In this document: positions 47,529 through 60,200 of the stretch, piece by piece | How the letters are laid out: each line of letters begins with the position of its first letter | Position numbering within the stretch: position 1 is the stretch's first letter | Assembly (NCBI GenBank): GCA_030704615.1 | Contig: CM060732.1 | Coordinates: 73,346,001-73,410,000, forward strand | Direction of reading: 5' to 3' | Length of the DNA stretch: 64,000 nt | From: Takakia lepidozioides | Taxonomy: Eukaryota; Plantae; Bryophyta | Notes under the pieces: model-generated | What the model saw: only the letters and a program-made list of their open reading frames with translations | Database searches by the model: none | Told to the model about the DNA's origin: nothing | Made by a program: the position numbers and the translations under genes

Positions 47529-48047
47529 TGTCGCATGGTTGCAGATCAGGATTTCCTTCTCATGCCCCACTGCACAAAGATCCAATGCAGTGGCTCTATG
47601 TTTTGCTATCTAGACTGAATTCTATCGATCGAAGGAATTATGAATCAGCAATGTTGTAGTCTGAAACATTTTTTGATCTCAGATTGAGTATCCACAGTTT
47701 ACATCTAAAGAAGTAGTACATTTTAGAGGTAACAAATAACTTTTCCACATCACTCGGCTCTGACAAACTCAGTTCAAGTACGGCAGTACTCTGGTCTCAA
47801 TAAGTTTGTATTTCGTGGCTGACGTGTATTGATGAAAGACCATCTCCAGTAACACTGTGCATGGGGTTATCTCTTCAATAGAATCATCCAACCAAGCTTG
47901 TCTCATGTCAGATGCTTGCGGCTTTGATATCAAAACTCACATACACATTAGCCAACACCAAATCACATGTCAGGTCTACACCAAAACGAAAGCTTTAGCT
48001 CTTTGACATAAACATCAAAGAATTGCCTCTACAAAGAGGACAACCAA

Positions 48048-50215
48048 GTGTTATAGGCCTTGACTCAAGTCTCGATGGGTCTTGTATGCAAGTTATCATT
48101 GACGAATTGGCCAGGCCTGTGGAAGTTGGGCAGCAAGTGAGCAGGCTCAAGCTGTCGCATGTGAGCAGAGCGGCATATTGGACATGTAGTCGACCAAGAT
48201 CGTGAGAAGGTGTAGGCCCATGGTCTTCCAAAAAGCCGGTTGTGGGCCACGCAAGGCAGAGCCTCCCTGAATCCAAGCCATCGAGACCAAGCACGTGCCT
48301 CTCATCTTGGTGGAGACCAGGCCCCTTCCTGCCAATGGGAGGCGAGGTGTGCGGGGATAGCGTGGGCGATTCAGGGACAAGGGTGTGTGCGAGTGGGGCT
48401 GCCGCGCCACAGAACCTAGCAGGCCCTGAATCGACGACACTATCTTTGGCGTTACAGGGAGTTTTCGGGCTCACCTTACCGTGCGTGAAGTGTAGGGTAA
48501 AGCCTTGCCACGAGGCCAGTACGTGGTCATCGGAACTAGGTCTGGGGCTCTCGACCTGGCCTCGAACCACATAACCGAGGTTTGGACGCATTTTGCCTAC
48601 GTGGCAGCGTTTAACTTGTCTTGGACAGACCTGTACCCGCCGTAGCCCACCACCTCGGTTATGTCCGGTAGAGGGGGAGGCTTGACCGGCTACGGGCTGT
48701 AGCGGGACACCAGGAATCCCTCGACGCTCCCACGTCTTGAGCGCTGGTGTCCGGCTACACCCCGTAGCCGGTCTCGCCTCCACGGCTACCTAGTCCGTAA
48801 TGGCCTCGTGGCGAGGCTTTACCCTGCGTAAAGAAGTGAATACGTCCTACGTTGTATCTTGCGCAATCTGAATGGCCAGGAATTATCCCATATCGATTGC
48901 CCGTATTCAGCACCCTGTATAGTATCTAAAGGGGGGTGAGCTGCAAGGGAGTGTAGGGTGGGCTTATGGGTGATTACGTCATCGCAATACGGAGTATGTT
49001 ATATTTCGGGGAGTATGTTATACTCCCCGTACTTACCCTAAAATAGTATAACGTACTCGCCGAAATATAACGTACTTACCCTAAAATTTGTCCAAATAAG
49101 CATACTCAAACTACAAAGGAAAAAAGTAATGAGGTTCTTTACGCACCGGGAGAAAATTCGACACTTGTCCTTTTGTAAGCACCTTAAGGCGGTTACATTT
49201 GTGTAAGCACCCCCGCCAGGCTGTACAGGGCACTTACAAATGTAAAGAACTAGGGCTGATTTCCCTTTGTTTGTATCTGCGTATTATACAGCGTAACAGC
49301 CAGCCACACAAGTGCCACTGCATTACGCAGGTGTGTAATGCACACCTGCGATATTTTTTTATCTTTACCTCCAAGATCTTTTCTCACAAGAAGCTACTAC
49401 CGGGGAGAAAGCATAAAGGAAGGATGAAAAGATAAGGAAATCATCCCATTTCTTTATGCAAGGTAATGCCACTGGGGCATTACCCTATACGTAAGGTCGG
49501 GTGTCTAGCCAGGCCCGCGGGTGCCATTCACCTGAATAAAGCGCCCTCAAAATACAAAGAGAATTTTTGACAGGTGCTTTACATACAAACTGACGAGTTA
49601 TGCTGACTCATTATGCGGCCCCGCGCATTCTGTATTTAATTTGCCTCTAAAACGGCATAATCTGCCTCAAAAATCCTTAACACCTAGCTACGGGCCATAG
49701 CCTGGCATGGACCGACCAGTGATGTGTGGGTATAAGGGTATATTCATTTAAGTATAACTGGACCAGACGTTTTTGCTTACCCGCCATTAGGCCCCGGCCG
49801 CACCAGCCTGCTATCGCCTGCTACGTGGGGCCTAACTATTGCTACATGAAAAATCGCGGCCGCACTGACCTGTTTAAAATATTTTAGCGATAACTATTGA
49901 TATCTATCCTAAAACTTTCCTTCCTAGTTTAGAGGGAATTTAGCACTAGCCCCCCCCAGTGCTAAATCTCGTTTTTGGGCAGCTGCCCGCGCCATTCTTC
50001 GTCATTCGCCGTCATTTGCTTCTCCTTCGCTCTTCCCTTATCCTTACGTTCCTCTTGTTCTAGTTCCTCGCAGACATAGAAACAGCCCACGCTCATCAAC
50101 TTTGTCGATTCTTCTATTTCTTGCTGTGTTGTTTCTTGCTCTAGTTCCTCTCCTACATAGCATCATGTCCACTATGACGACAACATCGGATAGGGCATCC
50201 GACGATGACATCCGA
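48048..50215. mobile_element. Unclassified TE-like remnant
   Basis: CpG-rich non-coding tract with clustered short inverted repeats (48991-49077, 49938-49967); no domain recognised. Confidence 0.3.
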
Positions 50216-50535
50216 GTAGTTCTTGTTGTTTAATTGAACATATACAGGATACAAGCCCAATTTTATATACAAAATACTCTATTCTGTAGTGCTCGTATAC
50301 TGTGTTATGTGCAAATTACTATCAAAGTTTAAACAGGGACCCATCACAGGATTGTAGCCAGTTTCTATACTTGCAAAGGCTGCAAGCTCCAGGTACTTTG
50401 CATACAACAACGCCAGAACATTCAGGGCTAGACCCCATGGAACCCTCATGGAATCGATATTCTAGCTGACCAGGAATTCAAATTTAAGTTCCATTTTCTG
50501 GGCTGTCGTTGTTCGCAATTTCTTAAGATACATAC

Positions 50536-50600
50536 CGTGGTGGGTTGGCGCATGAGTTCTCATCAAATACTTGCTCACCAGCTCAAAGTCATCACCATCG
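50536..50600 (-). pseudogene. Possible PARP-like exon fragment
   Basis: DDFELVSKYLMRTHAPTH followed by a GTATGT donor resembles the PARP 'YLxxTHAPTH' motif. Confidence 0.35.
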
Positions 50601-52545
50601 ACAGCATGTTCTAGGGTTGGATCGGCGATCAAGCCCGAGTCAACCACCTATAAAATCAAGCGCCCACACAAAACTAGCATGACGCACAATCAAGCATGCA
50701 GGTGTGGAGGGGATCCAAACACAAGAATGAAACAACAACTCCCCCACACCAAAAATCTCTCCACAGTGTCACTCCTGCAACCCAGCCCAAACCCGGACTG
50801 ACTCTTACCTCCACCTACGGAAAGGTCTCGGCCTACAGGGAAGGTGGAAAACTACGAGGAATAGAAGCTAAAGCAATGCCTATCCCCAGCACGCTCTCAT
50901 CCCAACACCCACTTTTTCCCTCTCTTCTCTCACTTGCATGACCATGAGAGCATCCTGTAGACACTCCTCAAACCGCCCTCCACGAGCTCATGAAACTTAG
51001 CCTCCAAGGCCCCATGCAAGCCTCCACAGGGTCCGCCAGTGCCTCCTTACGTCCACCAGCCATTCCTCCGAATGGAACCACCTCAGGAAACTACACCATT
51101 CGCTGAAGGTTAAAAAATGGAGCAAATAGAGGTACATATAGGCCCCAACAACATTCTGTCCAAAGGAATTACCTGCAGGCTGGTCTCCCCCATAGTTAAG
51201 AATTGGGCTGAAAACCATATAAGATTACCTACAGGGGAGTAATCCCCTTTGTTAAAACGCAACAGGGAGGCAATTCCGACTTTTCTGCCGGATCAGCTAG
51301 CTCAAAACCGTTGTTCTTCAGAGCCCAGCCTCCCCATCAAGGTCCTAACTGTTCGCGGCCTTCCGTGGCTCCAACCGCCACTACTCCTCATGGCCCGCCC
51401 TAGGCGCTCGTTGGCCACGGGTCGCCCAGTGATACCCCGTGGTACCACCCCTACGAGCCTTCATGGCCCGCCATCCCCACGATCTGGTCACCATGCCCAC
51501 CCGTTGTGTCCGCACCACGACTTCCAACGGTCACGGTCAACCATCGCGACCTGGGCTCGTGGTATCTCATGATACCGCCCCAACGGCCCATCACAGCCAC
51601 TATTCCCTGCGTTCCCTGGAACTCCCAACGAATTCCCATGCGTTCCCGGGCGTTCCCGAGCTCTTCCCGAGCTGGGGTTTGCTCCTGCACCTGCTGCCGA
51701 CGAGCTATGGCTTCTACGGAGCCATCAGCCCCGTCGCCCTGCACTCCTAAGCTCTCACGGCCCACTAGAAGCGCCCCCAACTCAACAAGCAAGCTATATG
51801 TTGCCCAACAAGCTCCATTTCTTCATGAAACTCACAAAAACGAATCTGAAAATACACACATTTACAAATTTGGTGCACTTACAGTTCTACTGCACATCCC
51901 CTGGCTCTAGGGCGCCTCGTTGCTGCCCTTCCAGCCCCGCTCTTGCCACTCCAAGAGCCCTTATACTGCTGAGTTTCAGATTGAAACTCCAATTCAGCAC
52001 ATGCTTCACAAGTACACTGATTTGCACACCAGAGGGACCAGCCCCCTCTCTTCACTCATACCTCTTCGTGAGCTTGGAGCTAAAGCTCCCAACGGGCTGT
52101 GATGCATCCCCTCGCAGCTCCACCATTCGGCTGTTCCTCATCTACCCGCAACAACTAGTTTCGGGCAGAAATACCTGGAGCTGATCATATCATCTCCAAC
52201 CTGCAATATGCTAGCTTCCCATGCGCAACCCACATTTTTGCAGCTCCTTAACTCGGCTGCAGCTGAAGAAGACGACCACCAGTTCGCCCACTCGTGACCA
52301 GCATCTCCTCCGCTTCACACTAGAAGCCCAAACTTGGTTGCCATAGCGTTGAGCTATGCAACACTGACCGCCTCTCTATCCATTGCAAACCTGCAACATG
52401 TTCGTCTTTGCACTCTATCCGCTTTGGATAGGCTCATGCACGGCTCCCTGCATTCTAGGCTGAACCGTTTTTCATCATCTGAAAACACAAGTGCTACAAC
52501 TAACTCAAACCTGGCACTCACAGACTCGAGCTCATCTTTCTCGAG
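50590..52545 (-). mobile_element. PBS and leader region of a related Gypsy element
   Basis: The 52545 end is homologous to 181-~230 and 50870-50590 to ~3230-3525; the middle differs. Confidence 0.7.
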
Positions 52546-52862
52546 TGATAAGGAAATGAATGATACAAGCACACAAGCTCTCTCAAACTCACATACTTGC
52601 ACATGAAAACATCACTCATATATTAAGTCAAGCCAAGTGCACCCCACGCCATGGGGAATCCACATTACGGCGCCATAGCTAGACACGGTGAGGCTCAACT
52701 CGATAAAGATGAGCCCACCGCGATCTGCCGTGAAGATAACAACGCTAGGTGCCCAAACATGTATTGGCCCCTGGATTGACACTTGGGTCAATCCCAAATG
52801 TCAATATATGAAAGCTAGCTATTTCCTAGCTAACTTCACACTAGTGGTAAAATAACTTGACA
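52546..52862 (-). repeat. Diverged LTR of the same family (TGTCAAG...TTATCA)
   Basis: Collinear with 11404-11752, including hairpins and the self-priming partner site. Confidence 0.75.
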
Positions 52863-52924
52863 ACTTCTATGAACTTGGCCTCTCATGTCTTGTTAGCTGC
52901 CTCTAGTCATGTCCACTGCCACTA

Positions 52925-53546
52925 TCTCAAGCAGTGTGGACACAATCAATCTCCATCATGAACCTTCTCAAGAGGTGGTGTCAAGCATCCCATGTGCCAA
53001 CTTCTTGAGCATCGATCACACACCAGCATGGTGGCTGCCCCTTTGGCAGACCCACAGAGCATGCACCTCAAACCTGCAGGCATCACTGCCAAGTTTGGGT
53101 CAACTCTGCCATCGACATTGGGAAGGTGACATGGCGCACAATTACGCACATGGTCCTTCCAAGTCATGTCATTCCGACCCTCCAAGATCAGGACCCCTGA
53201 GGGCAATACCTCTCGAACCCTCAGAATAACACGCCCTGCAGTAACATCCAGGGTCGTAGGAGCAGTCTGCTGCAAATAAACATAGTCACCAGGGCTAAAC
53301 CTCCGAACCCCAGGACGATATCCTCCACCACGTATAGTGGCATATCTCAACGTATCACGGTGTTGTGAAATGGCAAGGTTCTCAAAAACCATGGGCATGA
53401 CTTTCTTGAACAACTCTGCACGCTAACCACATGCACGTACCCACACGTCCGGATTGTCAAGGTTAAGGACTTGAGCAGTATCCCTACGAATGGCTGCAGG
53501 CAAATCCGGCTCTCGGCCAAAGAGAAGGAAATATGGTGAGAAGGAG
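52925..53546 (-). pseudogene. Gypsy copy 2: integrase C-terminus and PHD
   Basis: Translation nearly identical to 10433-11057. Confidence 0.92.
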
Positions 53547-55010
53547 TTTAAATGGATATAAAGCTGGTGGACCTGATGGTATTGTCAACGAGCTTATCAA
53601 GCACGGTGGCGATCCCATGATAGAGGCCCTAGTTCTCCTCTTTAACCTTATCTGGAACCCCTTTCGCTGGCGACAGGGGGTCATTGTTAGTCTATACAAG
53701 AAGGGTGACAGAGAAGAACCGGGGAACTACCGTGGCATCACACTCAAGAGTTGATTAATTGCGCGAAGAGATACTTTGATCTTTGGGGGCTAGAGGCTAA
53801 TGTCAGCAAATGTGCAGTGGTAGCATTCAACGACAGAGGAGAGGGAGGAAGTGATCTTAAGTGGCAGTGGGGTAGCCAAGAGATCCCGGTCCTCCCTTCC
53901 TACACTTACCTGGGCGTTGAGTTTTCCTCCAATTGTAATTGGGATGCACATATCCGGAAAGTTGTTCGAACTGGCAAGGGCAAAGCTCTGGGGCTCACTA
54001 AATTTTTCCACTGCAGAGGGGTCATCTCTGAGGTTAAGAAAACCATGCTTTGTCGCGTTATTAGACCTGCCTTGGAGTACGGATCTGCTATATGGGTTCA
54101 TAACTCCAACCAGGCTAAGTCTCTAGAATCCATTCAACTGGGGGTGCTTAAGGAGTGTATGTCAGCATGCTCCAAAACAGCCAATGTGGCTGTTCGGGGT
54201 GAGTTTGGCATTCCATCCTTAAGCTCCCGACGAGATGAATTCAAGGTCAGATGGTGGGGTCAGCTGCAACATATGCCCAACACCAGATATCCTAAGTTGA
54301 TTGACTCTATATCTTGGAAACAGGACCGCCCTGTCAAACAGGCTAAGTCCTGGCAGAAGAGAGTAGAAAAGATTCTCAAGGACCTGGACCTGGATCCGCA
54401 AGTCTTGATCCTGCTGGATAAATCTGCCTTAGAGGCTGTAGTGTCTGAGGCCATGTCTGTTGCCATGAGATTGTCTGATGAAAATGAAGTTAGGCAGAGA
54501 ACTTCCTGAACTTGTTTCCAGTCAGTGACATGGGGGTGGACATCTTGGATGACCTCAAGGGTCTACCCACTCTCGGCACTAGACTGAAATTTAAACTCAG
54601 GGCAGGAAGCCTACCTTTGAACAGCAAACAGAAGCAGAGAGGAAAGGGAGAGTGCAATTGTCCGTTGTGTGGGCAATCTGAAGACAGTATTCATTTTCTG
54701 ATACGCTGTCCGGGTTCTCTCACCAAAGAGAGGCTCTCTTCAATTCTATCAAGGGAATTGTGCCTGTACCCCTGTTTACCAACTTTGAAAGTCTCGAGGC
54801 TGAGCCAAAAGCCCAGGCCCTCCTGAGGCCTAGTTTTTGGGCAAATCACACACAGCAGATTGATGCTTGTGTGAAGGGTTTTCTAGAGGATATCTGGAAA
54901 ACCCGGATTAATTCCTTATACGATGGTAAGTCTTACTACCAACGTCAGCCCTGTTCCTTTTGTTCCCACTGAAACTGGGCGCGGGGTCAATGGCCACAAG
55001 GCTACGGCAA
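53547..55010 (+). mobile_element. Non-LTR retrotransposon fragment (RTE/RTEX-like RT and C-terminal CCHC), internally deleted
   Basis: GPDGI, YKKGD..PGNYRGITL, then jumps to WGLEANVSKC, YTYLGV (YADD core absent); CPLC..EDSIHFLIRCP. Confidence 0.85.
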
Positions 55011-55549
55011 ACAACGTCTTATGAGTACAATCTCATCCTTATCATCCCTCGCCTTTTGGAAAATTCCAGCCATAATTGAAGGGCAATTGGTTGTTGTACT
55101 TAACTGCACGAATGTTCCCCTTTCTGTTGGAATGAGCCGCACGTCCTTTCCATGCTGACATACCCTTTCTTCTTCCTGCAGGATCCTTTGCCCAACCCTG
55201 TTATTTCTATCATTTGTGCCATCCTCTTGGCGTTTCCACAGCCTCCCCTCATTGCCAGTGAAGTGTTTCTTTCTCTTCCCTTTGTCTTTAAAGACACTCC
55301 AACTGTTAGCTGCAGTACCCTTCGCTGATTTCTTATTGCCTTTGACCTCATGTATGTTTTCAATCATGTTTGAAGGGTGATCACTTGCTGCCATATGCAT
55401 GACTGTGTCCTTGACTGCTTCTCTTGTCTCAGTATGATGTTTAATTGTTGTCATGTCAGGCTGTGCTCAGCTGCACCGTGGTGTCTTCAAATGGATCAAT
55501 TTTTCAGACACGGTCTTGCCAACTGAATGATGCAGGTTCACTTGGGAGA

Positions 55550-56170
55550 GTGCACTCCCCCTTTCCTCTCTGCTTCTGTTTCATGTTCAAAGGTAGGCTT
55601 CCTTCCCTGAGTTTAAATTTCAGTCTAGTGCCGAGAGTGGGTGGACCCTTGAGGTCATCCAAGATGTCCTCCCCCATGTCACTGACTAGAAACAAGTTCA
55701 GGGAAGTTTTATGCCTAACTTCATTTTCATCAGACAATCTCATGGCAATAGACATGGCTTTGGACACTACAGCCTCTAAGTCTGATTTATCCAGCAGGGT
55801 CAAGACTTGCGGATCCAGGTCCAGGTCCTTGAGAATCTCTTCTACTCTGGCCTTGGGAAAACACCTTTTGATCTCAGTCCAGAAAGTGGTCAGAGGTACC
55901 AATATCAGTTCTGTCGATCAACACATTGGCACACTGGGGGAACAAATTTTTGTCCATTATGATATAGTCCACAATGGAACGTTCCCCAGTTTGGGATTTC
56001 TCACGAGTCCACTGCACTTGGTCACCTCTTGTCTTGTTAATCAAGGTCAAAAGCTGAAGCTCTTCCAGACAGTTAATTAACCGTCTGCCATTAGAATTCA
56101 GCTCGTCCTCACCAGAAGACCCAATGATATCGTCCTGATGGAGCCCTTTGCCCACTTGGGCATTGAAGTC
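55550..56170 (-). mobile_element. Second, inverted LINE fragment: APE endonuclease piece fused to the C-terminal piece
   Basis: NSNGRRL..SIVDYII..SDHFL; 55552-55848 is an inverted copy of ~54361-54657. Confidence 0.82.
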
Positions 56171-57256
56171 ACCCTACAATAGCACCACAGAGATGAAGAG
56201 AAGCTTTGGAATGAGACACTTTTCTGACCCCAGTCAATGGTGGGACAATGTGGGTGGATGGTCAACTGGAAACAGCAGCGGCAACAGCGCAATTGATAAA
56301 GCAAGGCACTGCTGATGAAAGGTACCTTCTTCAACGTATTTCAGCCTGAGGGCACCTTCTGGTTTGACCTGTTTCAGCCTGTTTTTCCCTCTCATCAGAC
56401 TCAGCCCTGAAGCATATGTATTGAATTCTGTAAGTTAGCTCGTTGGGTGGATCTGCGGTGCTCTGGAGTGACTTTGCAAGTTGCTGCCGAGGTGGTAGCA
56501 TGACAGTACCTAAAAAAAGATAATAGATAGAACAAGGGACTGCTAATGAAGGTACCTTCTTCAACACATTTCAGCCTGTTTTTCCCTATTATCAGAGTCG
56601 TCCCTAGATTTCCAGATGGCGGATTCCAAGCTCCAGATTACCTATGATTCCATGTGGAATGATAGCTACAAGAAACCTGGATGGGTAGATGGTCAACTGG
56701 AAGCCACAGTAGTAGCTGCAGAGGCATGATGTACGCATTGTTAGTGTGGAGGGAGGGGTAGCTGTTGATGCAGGGAGAGGATCGTGGGTGCAAAATCATC
56801 CAAGAGGGCCAGATTTGGAGCAAGGAACAGCGCTGGCAGGAGTTCTATAAATTTGATCCACAGCGGTGGGACAATATTGTCAACAAGGTGAGCTTTCTTC
56901 ATGCAACATCGTAGGGAGTTTGACAGAACTTTGTATTTAAATATGTTAGTGTGGAGGGAGGGCTAGCCGCTGATGCAAGGATGGACTGTGGGTTCAGGAT
57001 CACCCAAGAGGGCTACCAGCAGTGGAAGTAGCAGCATTTGGTCAATAGCAGCAGCAAAAATTAACAACATCAAACTCATCAATCAGGTACTTGCTTCTGT
57101 ATACATTTCATCCTCTTATGAACGTAGTTCCTACTTGGACAGCCTATAGGGTTGTATAAAACAGGACTTTGGAACCTTCCAACCCGGGTGCTTTGTTATT
57201 GGTCTATCAAGGTCTGATTTGAAATGTTTTCATTGCATTTTGCAGGTGAACTCATC

Positions 57257-60200
57257 ATGGAAGAAGAGTTGGAAGTAAAAGTCCTGCTTGTTGGAGGAGA
57301 TGCATCACCAAACAGGCTTGGTTCTGTGTTCACTATGCAAGGTGTCACATACAAATGCATCCGAGCAGAAATTATAGGTGATGAGCTTGTCTCAGCAAAA
57401 TTTCATTTCCTTTCCATGGGGGGTAGTGTCCTTTCAGCCAAGCAAGAAGAGAGGATGGTTCTGAAAGGGGATACTGTACACATTAAGATTTCAGACCAAA
57501 ATGATGGGGACCAAGGATTGAAAAGACCTCTATCTTCCAGTGGTTCTACGATCTTGCATGAGGACAGACCAGGCGAGGACCCGGCACCAGTGTCTACCAA
57601 GATGAGGATGGACCCTGATACACCCTTTGCTGGCGATGGTGGAAATGAAGACCATGCACATGAGCATGCACTTCAGCAGAGATCTGGTAGATTGTGCAGC
57701 ACGTTGGCTACATCCAACGATATTCAAAAATGGCAGAAAGAGATTAGAGCCGTTGAAAGGAAAATCTCTGCAGAAGGACGATGTGACAAGTTTGAGCTGA
57801 TGACAAAGGATCAACAAGGACAAGCAATGTTCCACATATGGTGTGTTGAGTGTGAGGATGTTTATGCACGGTCTGGGAAAAACAAACCATATGATGCATG
57901 TGCAAACTTTATGAGATCTCATTTGAGGAGTGAGGGGCATCGCATAGCCTATGAGAGGCGTCATGGGAAGGGTTCATCACAATGTGTCATCAGCCCTGTA
58001 AATGCAGATGAAGCATTAGACGCAAAGAAGAACAGGGTGAAGGAGGCATTAGAGGAAGTCGCTCGGTTTTGTGAGGACAATCCTGGAAACAGATTTGAGA
58101 TTGTGGAAGCCACAATTGGAGACTATTCGCAGTTGGGTTCCATAAGGATTAGGTGCCCACTGGATTCGAAGTGGCTACTCTTGTTTCCAAGGACAGGTTC
58201 TTTGCAATCTTCTTTGACAGAGCATGTGAAAGGAAAAACTCATGTCGATGCAGAGATTTGCCAGAAGGTTGGAAGTAGTGAAGGACCTTGCAAAAAGAGA
58301 GGAAGGCCTCCAAAGCCTATGATTGCCAAAGATGTAAAGCAACGGGATCTAAGCTCTTTCTTGGTCAGTCAACCTGTGTTGCCGTCCCCACCACTTGACA
58401 ATCCAATTGTGGCATCAACAATGGGAGCATCCTCGTCACAAACTCCATACGCTTGTGTTGACGCTGCCCAACGGGGAGATCTGATCGAGGATTGACAATT
58501 ACAGCAAAGGTCCCAATGCAACAAAGGAAGAGACAGTTTGTGTTGGGGCCTATGGGATGAATGGTGGGAGTACAACCAGCAGAGAATAAGTCTGAAACCA
58601 TTCCTTCAAGATAGCAAGGGAGGAAAGAAGTGGTATGTCGAGCCGTTGACAAATGCAACCATCACTCTAAACAATCAAGAGCATAAGGTTGTTGGTACGT
58701 TTCGGCACGCGGATTGTTTTAGAGTGTCATTGGATGGGGAGCCATTTCCAAACTTGAGATGTTCAGCATGTTCTTCCATTCCCTTGGAAAATGACTTCAG
58801 AATGAGGGTATATAGAGAAAGAGGTGCCATGGAATGTAGAGGGGAGAGAGATACTGGCAAGGGAAGAAGGTTGTCATATCTTGGAAATGCGGAGATTGTC
58901 AAACAAGTTTACAAAAACAGACAGGAGTTGAGGCAGTTGAGGTTCAAATTGTGGGAGGCCAGGACCAAAGTGGCATCATTGTCTGTGCGATGTAGGAGTT
59001 TGAAGGAGTCTGGGATTGAGGCAATTGAAAGAGGAGATGTTCTCAAATTTTGTCGTGATATTGTTGATGCACATAGGAGGGGGGATTTTGAAGGAAAAGA
59101 AAGTTTGTGGGATTTTCTTGTTGATATGGGCAAGAATATTGACAGGTCTCCACAAGGGAAGAGGTATGGTACTAGCACAAAAACAATGTTTGAGACTGTG
59201 CAGCTTTGGGGGGGTCCGAGATTGCATCATTTTTTGGCTTCAAATGTGGGGGGTCCTTCTATTGATACTACAAGACGGTCTTTGAGGAAAGGTTTGAAGT
59301 ATAGAGCGGGAGAAACGGATGATATATTTCAGCATGTGGCTGGAATTTACAGAGATGTGATGGAAGATGCAAATATTCCATTGGGAAGCATCCCAGTGAT
59401 GGTGGCCGAAGATGAAACTGTTGTGAAGCGATTGGTACGTTGGATTGCTAGGGATGACACCCTTCTCGGGTTTTGTGGGCTTCAAGACAACCATGTATGT
59501 ATTTCAAATTTTGTGGTGCAAGTGGGAGAAGGGGAATCAGGGTACCAACATATTGTGGAGGCATTCAAAAACAATGTGGTTGCCCATTATGCTAGAGTGT
59601 TGATAGCAAATCCTCTACATGTACGGTTACCTCGATTGGTATTGGTAATCCAGCTCACTTGCAATAGATTTGACAACAATTTTGTGAGATCACAATGGGA
59701 AGTGGTGAGACAGTTGTGGGACAAATATGTGAGGGACGTGGTTGGGCCTATAATTGGGCATGCTTCAGACGGAGATAGTAGGAGGAGAAAAGTGATGTTA
59801 GAAGATTATGCCAATGGGGCTGGAAATAGATTTTGCATCCCTTGGGAAGGATGGTTGTTTACAGGTCGAGTGTGCAACGGGGGAGATATATACGGACTCC
59901 ATGATCAGGACTTCATCCACAATGGGAAAAAATTGGTAAATCCCTTGGACAGTGCATCACGGACTTTGGTGTTGGGTGATGAGGTTGCTACATTGAATCA
60001 TGTGTTATTGGTCTACCATTCATTTTCAGTGGACAAGCATGGACTTCGGGAATGTGATATCAAAAGAGAAGATCGACAGAATTGGGCAGCAGCTCAACGA
60101 CTGGCATCTCGGAAGGTGCAAGCTTGTTTGAGGGAGTTACAATCAACTGTGAATCATCGAAGAGAGAGGACCAAAGGTACTGAAATTTACCTATACATCA

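Noticed and set aside
47995-48783. 262-aa minus-strand ORF
   Set aside because: Non-ATG start in a GC-rich tract with no motif; probably spurious.
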